The position numbers were made by a program, and so were the translations under genes. Positions 1 through 6,629 of a DNA stretch of 12,672 nt are shown piece after piece; positions within the stretch are counted from its first letter, which is position 1; each line of letters begins with the position of its first letter. Under the pieces are notes generated by a model that did not search any database, was not told the origin of the DNA, and was given only the letters and a program-made list of their open reading frames with translations. Source of the DNA: a virus; the UHGV virus genome UHGV-1790737; one strand, given 5' to 3'.

Positions 1-42
1 GCTTGTAATGGGGTAAGTGATAACAGATGTCTGGAAATATAG
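1..42 (+). CDS. insD: IS2 transposase OrfB (InsD) C-terminal codons, 5'-partial at window edge
   Basis: Frame 1 reads ...SDNRCLEI then TAG at 40-42, the same C-terminus as the minus-strand transposase at 11780-12672. Confidence 0.7.
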   Translation, partial: ACNGVSDNRCLEI

Positions 43-53
43 GGGCAAATCCA
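1..53 (+). mobile_element. IS2 right-end fragment (element continues left of the window)
   Basis: Positions 27-53 (tgtctggaaatataggggcaaatcca) are the reverse complement of the terminus of the IS2 copy at 11769-11794. Frame 1 over 1-42 translates to [13 protein letters not shown]-stop, matching the C-terminus of the transposase encoded on the other copy. Identification as IS2 is from recalled InsD and terminal sequence. Confidence 0.8.
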
Positions 54-150
54 GTTACGTCGCTGGACATATGCTGGCGGTAAGCAATGGAAAGGTCTCA
101 TGACTCGTCGTGAGATTGAGCGTGAAATCTGTTTGTGGGGTCAGCAATGA
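54..150 (+). pseudogene. Endolysin 3' remnant (SAR/T4-type lysozyme, phage 21 R / RrrD-like), 5' part replaced by IS2
   Basis: Frame 1 from about 52 reads [32 protein letters not shown]-stop, which I recall as the C-terminus of the phage-21-type lysozyme family. All three + frames carry stops within 1-42, so no N-terminal part exists here. The TGA at 148-150 overlaps the Rz ATG at 147 (ATGA), the usual R-Rz junction. Confidence 0.6.
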
Positions 151-611
151 ACAGAGTAACCGCGATTATCTCCGCTCTGGTTATCTGCATCATCGTCTGC
201 CTGTCATGGGCTGTTAATCATTACCGTGATAACGCCATTACCTACAAAGCCCAGCGCGACAAAAATGCCAGAGAACTGAAGCTGGCGAACGCGGCAATTA
301 CTGACATGCAGATGCGTCAGCGTGATGTTGCTGCGCTCGATGCAAAATACACGAAGGAGTTAGCTGATGCGAAAGCTGAAAATGATGCTCTGCGTGATGA
401 TGTTGCCGCTGGTCGTCGTCGGTTGCACATCAAAGCAGTCTGTCAGTCAGTGCGTGAAGCCACCACCGCCTCCGGCGTGGATAATGCAGCCTCCCCCCGA
501 CTGGCAGACACCGCTGAACGGGATTATTTCACCCTCCGGGAACGACTGGTAATGATGCAGGCCCAACTTGAAGGTGCTCAGCAATACATAACCGAGCAGT
601 GTTTAAAGTAA
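147..611 (+). CDS. rzpR: Rz i-spanin (inner-membrane spanin subunit), 154 aa
   Basis: Translation [60 protein letters not shown]... has an N-terminal TM helix and coiled-coil periplasmic domain and is near-identical to my recollection of lambda Rz. ATG at 147 is preferred over the in-frame GTG at 135 because it overlaps the upstream stop. Symbol given by analogy to Rac. Confidence 0.9.
   Translation: MNRVTAIISALVICIIVCLSWAVNHYRDNAITYKAQRDKNARELKLANAAITDMQMRQRDVAALDAKYTKELADAKAENDALRDDVAAGRRRLHIKAVCQSVREATTASGVDNAASPRLADTAERDYFTLRERLVMMQAQLEGAQQYITEQCLK
367..552 (+). CDS. rzoR: Rz1 o-spanin (outer-membrane lipoprotein), embedded in the +1 frame of Rz
   Basis: The 61-aa product [24 protein letters not shown]...[18 protein letters not shown] has a lipoprotein signal with lipobox VVGC and a proline-rich mature region. 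It lies entirely inside Rz in another frame, the classic Rz/Rz1 arrangement. Confidence 0.85.
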   Translation: MRKLKMMLCVMMLPLVVVGCTSKQSVSQCVKPPPPPAWIMQPPPDWQTPLNGIISPSGNDW

Positions 612-748
612 AATCTTAACTACAATATGATTCATTTTGATGATTGTTTCATAAGGAACAGTGAAGTAAGATCTAAGAGGAGTTAAATTTTATACAGTAT
701 AATCATAATATTGCAGCAAGGTGGTTATAATTGAAAGAATATTTAGAT

Positions 749-2206
749 ATGAATACATCTCATGTAAGAGTTGTTACTCATATGTGTGGGTTCCTGGTTT
801 GGCTCTATAGTCTTTCAATGTTGCCACCAATGGTTGTAGCATTGTTTTATAAAGAAAAAAGCCTGTTCGTTTTCTTTATAACTTTCGTTATATTTTTTTG
901 TATTGGTGGCGGAGCGTGGTATACAACTAAGAAATCTGGCATTCAATTACGTACCCGTGATGGGTTTATTATAATTGTAATGTTTTGGATTTTGTTTTCT
1001 GTTATTAGTGCATTCCCTTTATGGATTGACTCAGAACTTAATTTAACGTTCATTGATGCTCTGTTTGAAGGGGTTTCTGGAATAACAACAACAGGAGCAA
1101 CTGTAATTGATGATGTTAGTTCATTACCTCGGGCATATTTGTACTATCGGTCACAGTTAAATTTTATAGGTGGTTTAGGAGTTATTGTTCTGGCGGTTGC
1201 TGTATTGCCATTATTGGGTATTGGTGGTGCAAAGCTTTATCAGTCAGAAATGCCGGGGCCATTTAAGGATGACAAACTCACTCCCCGCCTGGCCGATACG
1301 TCACGGACACTGTGGATAACTTATTCTTTATTAGGTATTGCTTGTATTGTCTGTTATAGACTTGCAGGAATGCCTTTGTTTGATGCTATTTGTCACGGGA
1401 TTTCCACAGTTTCGCTTGGTGGTTTCTCAACTCATAGCGAGAGTATCGGATATTTTAATAACTATTTGGTTGAGCTGGTGGCTGGTTCTTTTTCCCTGCT
1501 ATCGGCTTTCAACTTCACTCTTTGGTATATTGTTATTAGCAGGAAAACGATAAAACCTTTAATCAGAGATATTGAACTTCGTTTCTTTCTGTTAATAGCC
1601 TTAGGGGTGATCATTGTTACCTCTTTCCAGGTCTGGCATATAGGTATGTATGACTTGCATGGAAGTTTTATTCATTCGTTTTTTCTTGCCAGCTCCATGC
1701 TCACTGATAATGGTTTAGCTACGCAGGATTATGCAAGCTGGCCCACGCACACGATAGTGTTTTTGCTGTTGTCAAGTTTCTTTGGGGGATGTATAGGTTC
1801 AACTTGTGGTGGAATTAAGTCACTTCGATTTCTTATACTTTTCAAACAAAGCAAACACGAGATAAATCAGCTTTCTCATCCCAGAGCGTTGTTGAGTGTA
1901 AATGTAGGAGGGAAGATAGTTACAGATCGTGTAATGAGGTCTGTATGGAGTTTCTTTTTTCTTTATACTCTCTTCACGGTGTTTTTTATACTGGTGTTAA
2001 ATGGTATGGGATATGATTTTCTTACATCATTTGCAACAGTGGCTGCATGTATTAATAATATGGGATTAGGTTTTGGGGCTACTGCATCGTCATTCGGAGT
2101 GCTTAATGACATTGCAAAATATTTAATGTGCATAGCTATGATTCTTGGTCGCCTTGAAATTTATCCTGTTATTATATTGTTTTCAGGTTTTTTTTGGCGC
2201 TCCTAA
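749..2206 (+). CDS. trkG: TrkG, Trk-system potassium uptake membrane protein (TrkH/TrkG family), 485 aa
   Basis: Polytopic membrane protein beginning MNTSHVRVVTHMCGFLVWLYSL..., with GxG-type selectivity-filter-like motifs (TTTGAT, LGGFS, GLGFG). It matches my recollection of Rac-prophage TrkG. The gene and flanks are markedly AT-rich against ~50% GC phage neighbours. ATG at 749 is preferred over the TTG at 731 used by the ORF track. Confidence 0.93.
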   Translation: MNTSHVRVVTHMCGFLVWLYSLSMLPPMVVALFYKEKSLFVFFITFVIFFCIGGGAWYTTKKSGIQLRTRDGFIIIVMFWILFSVISAFPLWIDSELNLTFIDALFEGVSGITTTGATVIDDVSSLPRAYLYYRSQLNFIGGLGVIVLAVAVLPLLGIGGAKLYQSEMPGPFKDDKLTPRLADTSRTLWITYSLLGIACIVCYRLAGMPLFDAICHGISTVSLGGFSTHSESIGYFNNYLVELVAGSFSLLSAFNFTLWYIVISRKTIKPLIRDIELRFFLLIALGVIIVTSFQVWHIGMYDLHGSFIHSFFLASSMLTDNGLATQDYASWPTHTIVFLLLSSFFGGCIGSTCGGIKSLRFLILFKQSKHEINQLSHPRALLSVNVGGKIVTDRVMRSVWSFFFLYTLFTVFFILVLNGMGYDFLTSFATVAACINNMGLGFGATASSFGVLNDIAKYLMCIAMILGRLEIYPVIILFSGFFWRS

Positions 2207-2292
2207 TATATGGCTGATTTATAATTGTGAGTTTAATATTATGTTGACTCACTCATTGATCCAATACTTAACTTTACCAGCAACACCTCCGC

Positions 2293-2327
2293 CCCCAGTA
2301 GCACTGGCTGCTGGGGTGCGTTTTATT
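2293..2327 (+). terminator. Putative intrinsic terminator downstream of trkG
   Basis: Ten-bp stem ccccagtagc (2293-2302) pairing with gctgctgggg (2307-2316), including one G-U pair, around loop actg, then tgcg and ttttatt (2321-2327). The U-tract is offset 4 nt from the stem, so strength is uncertain. Confidence 0.4.
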
Positions 2328-2343
2328 CATAAAGCAAGGATGT

Positions 2344-3135
2344 ATGAGCGAGAAATTAAAGATAGTCTATCGCCCATTACAAGAATTGTCACCGTATGCG
2401 CACAACGCCAGGACGCACAGCCCTGAGCAGGTGGCACAACTGGTAGAAAGTATTAAGCAATTCGGCTGGACTAATCCGGTGCTGATTGACGAAAAGGGCG
2501 AAATTATTGCGGGTCACGGTCGTGTTATGGCGGCTGAAATGCTCAAAATGGATTCTGTTCCGGTCATTGTTCTGTCTGGCCTGACGGATGAGCAGAAAAA
2601 GGCGTACCGCCTGGCAGATAATCGCCTGCCGATGAATGCTGGCTGGGATGAAGATCTGTTGCGGATGGAGCTGTCGGACCTAATCAATGCTGATTTTGAT
2701 GTCTCCCTGACAGGCTTCATCCCGACAGAAATTGATGAACTGTTGACGGATGTTTTGCCCGGTACAGGAAATGAGGAGGAGCCGTATACGACGAAAATTG
2801 ATACGCCTGTTTATGAGCCGTCGGGCGGTAAACCGGATATCAGTGAACTGTACGACGATACGAAAACGCAGGAGCTGATCAGCCGGATACGTTCGGCTTC
2901 CCTTGAGCCTGATATTGAGAAATTCCTCCTGTGTGCGGCAGAACGTCACACGGTGTTTAATTTCAGCAGAATTGCGGACTATTACGCTCACGCCCCCGCT
3001 GAAATTCAGTGTTTTTTCGAGGAGTCGGCGCTGGTGATCATTGATTATCAGCAGGCTATTGAAAATGGATTTGTCCGGATGACGCAGCGCATGGTGGAGA
3101 TCATGCATGGTGGTGAGGAGGAGGAATATGCGTGA
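2344..3135 (+). CDS. ParB/Srx N-terminal domain protein (ParB-like nuclease/NTP-binding fold) with uncharacterised acidic C-terminal domain, 263 aa
   Basis: N-terminal ~90 aa has the ParB/sulfiredoxin signature, including GHGR (nt 2512-2523) followed by VMAA, i.e. a GxxRxxA-type motif. C-terminal ~170 aa is acidic with no family I recognise. SD-like agga sits 4 nt upstream of the ATG. By position after trkG this corresponds to Rac ynaK, which I recall as a short truncated gene in K-12. Confidence 0.85.
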   Translation: MSEKLKIVYRPLQELSPYAHNARTHSPEQVAQLVESIKQFGWTNPVLIDEKGEIIAGHGRVMAAEMLKMDSVPVIVLSGLTDEQKKAYRLADNRLPMNAGWDEDLLRMELSDLINADFDVSLTGFIPTEIDELLTDVLPGTGNEEEPYTTKIDTPVYEPSGGKPDISELYDDTKTQELISRIRSASLEPDIEKFLLCAAERHTVFNFSRIADYYAHAPAEIQCFFEESALVIIDYQQAIENGFVRMTQRMVEIMHGGEEEEYA

Positions 3136-4060
3136 TGATTTTTGCGCCTTTATTCTGACTCACGGGCGACCGGACAAAGTTCTGACTTACCGGACGTTGC
3201 GTCGTGCTGGCTATACCGGGAAAATTTTTATCGTTGTTGATGATGAAGATAAGACACGGCATCAGTACATGGCTGAATTTGGTGAACAGGTGCTGGTGTT
3301 TTCCAAAACCGATATCGCCAGTCGTTTTGACGAAGCCGATAATTTCTGTGACCGCCGCTCAATTTTTTACGCCCGTAATGCCTGTTTCGACCTGGCAAAA
3401 CTGGTCGGGTGTAAATACTTCATTCAGCTCGATGATGATTATCACGAGTTCCAGTTTCGGGTGGATCGCAACTATGACCAGGCCTATTTCCCGATAAGGA
3501 AACTGGATGCGATCCTTTCTGAAATGCTGGCGTACTACGAATCAATACCTGCTCTTTCCATCGCTATGTCGCAGGGCGGGGATTTTCTTGGTGACAATGG
3601 CGGCCATGCTTCGTGGGTGAAACGCAAGGCAATGAACAGCTTTATCTGTTCGGTTGATCGACCGTTCTCATTCATGGGGCGCATTAACGAGGATGTGAAT
3701 ACGTACACGAATCTCGGTCGCTGTGGTGAATTGTTTATGACGATCGGTGCTGTCCAGTTAGGGCAGAAACAGACGCAGAAAAACAGCGGCGGAATGACCG
3801 AGCTGTATCTGGATTCCGGAACCTACGTTAAAAGTTTTTACTCCGTCATGTATGCGCCGTCGTGCGTAAAAATTTCACTGATGGGTGCCAGCCATAAACG
3901 CATTCACCATCAGGTCACCTGGAACAACGCTGCAGTAAAAATCCTTCACGAAAAATACAGGAAGAAGACACCCTGCATATCAATGGGGGTGACAAATGAT
4001 TCCGTATTCGAAAGTCGAGTCTCTGGCAGCGTGCCGGATGACTGCACAACAAATCGCTGA
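3128..4060 (+). CDS. Uncharacterised 310-aa protein translationally coupled to the ParB-like gene (ydaY-like position)
   Basis: ATG at 3128 is preceded by a strong SD (ggagg, 3117-3121, 6-nt spacing) and overlaps the upstream TGA (3133-3135) by 8 nt. Protein begins MRDDFCAFILTHGRPD and carries acidic clusters (VVDDED, QLDDDYHEF). I cannot assign a family from sequence alone. The ORF-track start at 3107 is rejected in favour of the SD-supported ATG. Confidence 0.8.
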   Translation: MRDDFCAFILTHGRPDKVLTYRTLRRAGYTGKIFIVVDDEDKTRHQYMAEFGEQVLVFSKTDIASRFDEADNFCDRRSIFYARNACFDLAKLVGCKYFIQLDDDYHEFQFRVDRNYDQAYFPIRKLDAILSEMLAYYESIPALSIAMSQGGDFLGDNGGHASWVKRKAMNSFICSVDRPFSFMGRINEDVNTYTNLGRCGELFMTIGAVQLGQKQTQKNSGGMTELYLDSGTYVKSFYSVMYAPSCVKISLMGASHKRIHHQVTWNNAAVKILHEKYRKKTPCISMGVTNDSVFESRVSGSVPDDCTTNR

Positions 4061-4247
4061 CGTTCTGGATGTTGATCTGAACCGACTGAAAGAAAATCGG
4101 GAAGCAATGACAGATTTTTATGCGGCCATCCGTAAGGGCAGAGCGAAAGGTGAAGCCGAGTTACGAGCGGCATTGTTTAAGCTTGCCAGAAAAGGGGATG
4201 CCTTTGCTCTGCGCGAACTACTCAGGGTGGATAAAAATCAGGACTAA
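3996..4247 (+). CDS. Small helix-turn-helix DNA-binding protein (83 aa) immediately upstream of the small terminase
   Basis: ATG at 3996 follows a G-rich SD (gggggtga, 3985-3992). HTH-like segment SLAACRMTAQQIADVLDVD. Its stop at 4245-4247 is 3 nt before the terS ATG. Overlaps the 3' end of the preceding gene by 65 nt; the alternative ATG at 4038 has no SD. Confidence 0.6.
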   Translation: MIPYSKVESLAACRMTAQQIADVLDVDLNRLKENREAMTDFYAAIRKGRAKGEAELRAALFKLARKGDAFALRELLRVDKNQD

Positions 4248-4250
4248 CTG

Positions 4251-5345
4251 ATGAGCAGACCGGACTGGGGGGCGTTGCAGCAGGAGTATATTGCTGAATA
4301 CACCCGCTCCGGTATATCTCCGGTGGCATGGTGTGAAGCAAGGGGACTGAATTACGCAACAGCCCGTCGTTACATCAAAAAAACTCCGAAAAATGCGCAG
4401 ACAGAAATGCGCAAAACTGCGCAAAAAAGTGCGCAGAAAAAATCTGCGCAGACTGCACAAAAGCGGAACGAAAAATCTCAGGAAAAAAAGCCAGTATTCG
4501 ATGCGGGCCTGAATGAGGGCGACGCGGAGGAATTTTCGTTCTGTCCCGATGAATTCGGCATTTCTGACCAGCAGGCTAAGTTTGCGATGCTTGTTGCTCA
4601 GGGTAAAAAGCCGACAGAGGCGTACCGACTAGCCGGTTATGAGGGGCAAGGTGCGACAGCTAACAGCAACGCCAGTCGTATGCTTAGAAATGCCAGGGTT
4701 TATCGTGCTATCAGCTACTTCCGCAATCAGTACCAGAAACGCTATACCGCAGACCTGGATTTACTGGTGAGCCAGTTGATGGTCATTGTCCAGGCCGACC
4801 CCAATCAGTTGGCACAATTTCGCCGTGTTAACTGCCGTTATTGCTGGGGCGAGAATCATCTCTACCAGTGGCGTGATATTGCAGAATTCGATAAGGCTGC
4901 GGCACAGGCCTCCAGAGATGGTAAACCCGAGCCGGAATATGGAGGCCTCGGCTTTGTTGATAACGCCATACCCAATCCGGATTGCCCGAAGTGCTGCGGT
5001 GAGGGAACGGGACAGCTTTATATGGCTGATACCACACTGCTTGATGGGGATGCGCGGCAATTATATGCAGGGTCAAAGCTCGGAAAATACGGTGTTGAGA
5101 TCCTGCTGGAGGATAAGGCTGCCGCCCGGCGTGAATTGTTGCGTTTGCTTTCTGCTGGCGGGGCATTATGTGCAGATAAGCGGCTACAGGAACTGGAAAT
5201 TGAACGGCGCAGAATAGAAAACCAGAAGCTGCACAAAGAGATCGAAACGGTGGAAGATAATGAACATCCCCAGCCTGTGGCGATCAATATTAATGTGGTT
5301 GATGCCAGAGTAAGGAGTGATGAAGATGATCTCTCCGACGCTTAA
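4251..5345 (+). CDS. Terminase small subunit (Terminase_2-like core) with N-terminal HTH, Lys/Gln-rich linker, Cys-cluster region and C-terminal coiled coil, 364 aa
   Basis: Central segment QQAKFAMLVAQGKKPTEAYRLAGYEG...ATANSNASRMLRNARVYRAISYF resembles the small-terminase (Terminase_2) signature as I recall it. It sits directly upstream of, and overlaps, the large terminase. Extra features: CRYC...CPKCC cysteine cluster and coiled-coil tail. Confidence 0.8.
   Translation: MSRPDWGALQQEYIAEYTRSGISPVAWCEARGLNYATARRYIKKTPKNAQTEMRKTAQKSAQKKSAQTAQKRNEKSQEKKPVFDAGLNEGDAEEFSFCPDEFGISDQQAKFAMLVAQGKKPTEAYRLAGYEGQGATANSNASRMLRNARVYRAISYFRNQYQKRYTADLDLLVSQLMVIVQADPNQLAQFRRVNCRYCWGENHLYQWRDIAEFDKAAAQASRDGKPEPEYGGLGFVDNAIPNPDCPKCCGEGTGQLYMADTTLLDGDARQLYAGSKLGKYGVEILLEDKAAARRELLRLLSAGGALCADKRLQELEIERRRIENQKLHKEIETVEDNEHPQPVAININVVDARVRSDEDDLSDA
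4394..4458. repeat. Array of five palindromic TGCGCA hexamers (plus a TGCACA variant) inside the 5' part of terS
   Basis: TGCGCA at 4394, 4408, 4418, 4430 and 4445, and TGCACA at 4453, embedded in A-rich spacers. The array encodes the AQK/AQT-rich linker of TerS. Confidence 0.6.
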
Positions 5346-6627
5346 TGTGCCTCAGGCGCGATTTCTTTCAATGCCCCATAAATTTAAAGCCTATATTGCT
5401 GGTTTTGGCTCGGGCAAAACATGGGTTGGGTGTGGCGGCATATGCAAGGGGATTTGGGAGCATCCAGGTATAAATCAGGGATATTTTGCGCCAACGTATC
5501 CCCAAATTCGCGATATTTTTTACCCTACAGTGGAAGAAGTTGCTGCTGACTGGGGATTGAACGTAAAAATTAATGAGGGAAATAAAGAGGTTCACTTTTA
5601 TTACGGACGCCAGTATCGGGGAACCACTGTCTGCAGATCGATGGAGAAGCCACAAACGATCGTCGGTTTCAAAATTGGTAATGCGTTGGTGGATGAACTG
5701 GACATTTTGCCGAAGGAAAAAGCCAGAACGGCGTGGCGCAAGATAATTGCACGTATGCGTTATAAGATTGATGGACTTCGCAACGGTATTGACGTTACAA
5801 CCACGCCGGAAGGATTCAAATTTGTCTACGAGCAGTTTGTTAAAGCCGTGCGTGAAAAAACAGAGCTGGCCTCACTGTATGGTCTGGTGCAGGCATCTAC
5901 TTTCGATAATGAAAAGAACCTGCCAGCAGATTACATTCCTTCGCTTCTTGAATCATACCCTCCAGAGCTGATTAAAGCCTATCTTCGAGGACAGTTTACT
6001 AACCTGACAAGTGGTACTGTTTACCATCAGTTTGACCGGAAACTGAATAATTGCGAAGAAGTGGAGCAGCCAGGGGAGCCGATTTATATTGGGATGGATT
6101 TTAACGTTGGAAAGATGGCGGGAATCGTCCATGTGCTGCGTTTGGGGCTTCCATGTGCGGTAACTGAAATCATCAATGCCTACGATACGCCGGATATGAT
6201 CCGCCTCATTAAAGAACGCTTCTGGCTGTATGATGGGAATGATTACCGGAAAGTGAGGGAAATTTATATTTATCCAGATGCTTCCGGGGACTCCAGAAAA
6301 TCAAGTAACGCAAGTACGACGGATATAGCCCAGCTTAAGCAGGCTGGTTTTAACGTTGTGGTGAACAGCTCGAACCCGCCAGTAAAAGATCGCGTTAACT
6401 CAATGAATGCAATGTTCTGCAATGCCAATGGTGAGCGTCGCTATAAAGTTAATGTGAAGCGTTGCCCGTTATATGCCGAATCTCTGGAGCAACAGGTCTG
6501 GGATGAGAAGGGGGAGCCTGATAAAAAATCTGGCAATGATCACCCGAATGATGCCGGAGGTTATTTCATCGTTAAGCAATTCCCTATTGTCAAACCGACC
6601 GGAAGAGTCACATCACTTCGGATTTAA
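5326..6627 (+). CDS. Terminase large subunit (ATPase/nuclease), about 433 aa
   Basis: Walker A-like motif AGFGSGKT near the N-terminus, acidic motifs in the C-terminal half consistent with a nuclease domain, and position after terS. SD aggag (5313-5317) favours ATG 5326 over the in-frame GTG 5317 and ATG 5320. Overlaps the terS stop. Confidence 0.88.
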   Translation: MISPTLNVPQARFLSMPHKFKAYIAGFGSGKTWVGCGGICKGIWEHPGINQGYFAPTYPQIRDIFYPTVEEVAADWGLNVKINEGNKEVHFYYGRQYRGTTVCRSMEKPQTIVGFKIGNALVDELDILPKEKARTAWRKIIARMRYKIDGLRNGIDVTTTPEGFKFVYEQFVKAVREKTELASLYGLVQASTFDNEKNLPADYIPSLLESYPPELIKAYLRGQFTNLTSGTVYHQFDRKLNNCEEVEQPGEPIYIGMDFNVGKMAGIVHVLRLGLPCAVTEIINAYDTPDMIRLIKERFWLYDGNDYRKVREIYIYPDASGDSRKSSNASTTDIAQLKQAGFNVVVNSSNPPVKDRVNSMNAMFCNANGERRYKVNVKRCPLYAESLEQQVWDEKGEPDKKSGNDHPNDAGGYFIVKQFPIVKPTGRVTSLRI

Positions 6628-6629
6628 TT

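Noticed and set aside
135-146. GTG start at 135 for Rz, as used by the ORF track
   Set aside because: The ATG at 147 overlaps the upstream endolysin stop in the canonical ATGA arrangement and gives the N-terminus expected for Rz; the 4 extra codons are unsupported.
661-748. Promoter for trkG (TATAAT-like hexamers at 698-703 and 726-731), and a TTGACT at 2244-2249 upstream of the ParB-like gene
   Set aside because: No convincingly spaced -35/-10 pair could be aligned by eye; in AT-rich DNA such hexamers occur by chance. Left as a possibility only.
1338-1553. 71-aa + strand ORF inside trkG in another frame
   Set aside because: Fully embedded in a well-supported membrane-protein gene; a hydrophobic alternative-frame artefact of AT-rich, T-rich coding sequence.
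2145-2426. 93-aa + strand ORF spanning the trkG 3' end, the intergenic hairpin and the ParB-like gene start
   Set aside because: It runs across a probable terminator and two real gene boundaries; its proline-rich stretch is just the translated GC-rich hairpin. No SD.
2514-3108. Minus-strand ORFs (68 aa and 142 aa) antisense to the ParB-like gene
   Set aside because: Shadow ORFs entirely within a + strand gene with strong motif support; no independent start signals.
3204-3497. 97-aa + strand ORF inside the 310-aa gene
   Set aside because: Alternative-frame ORF embedded in the coupled gene; no support.
4761-5287. Cluster of overlapping ORFs on both strands inside terS (99, 143, 112 and 89 aa)
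   Set aside because: All lie within the terS coding region in other frames or antisense; terS has family-level motif support and correct operon context.
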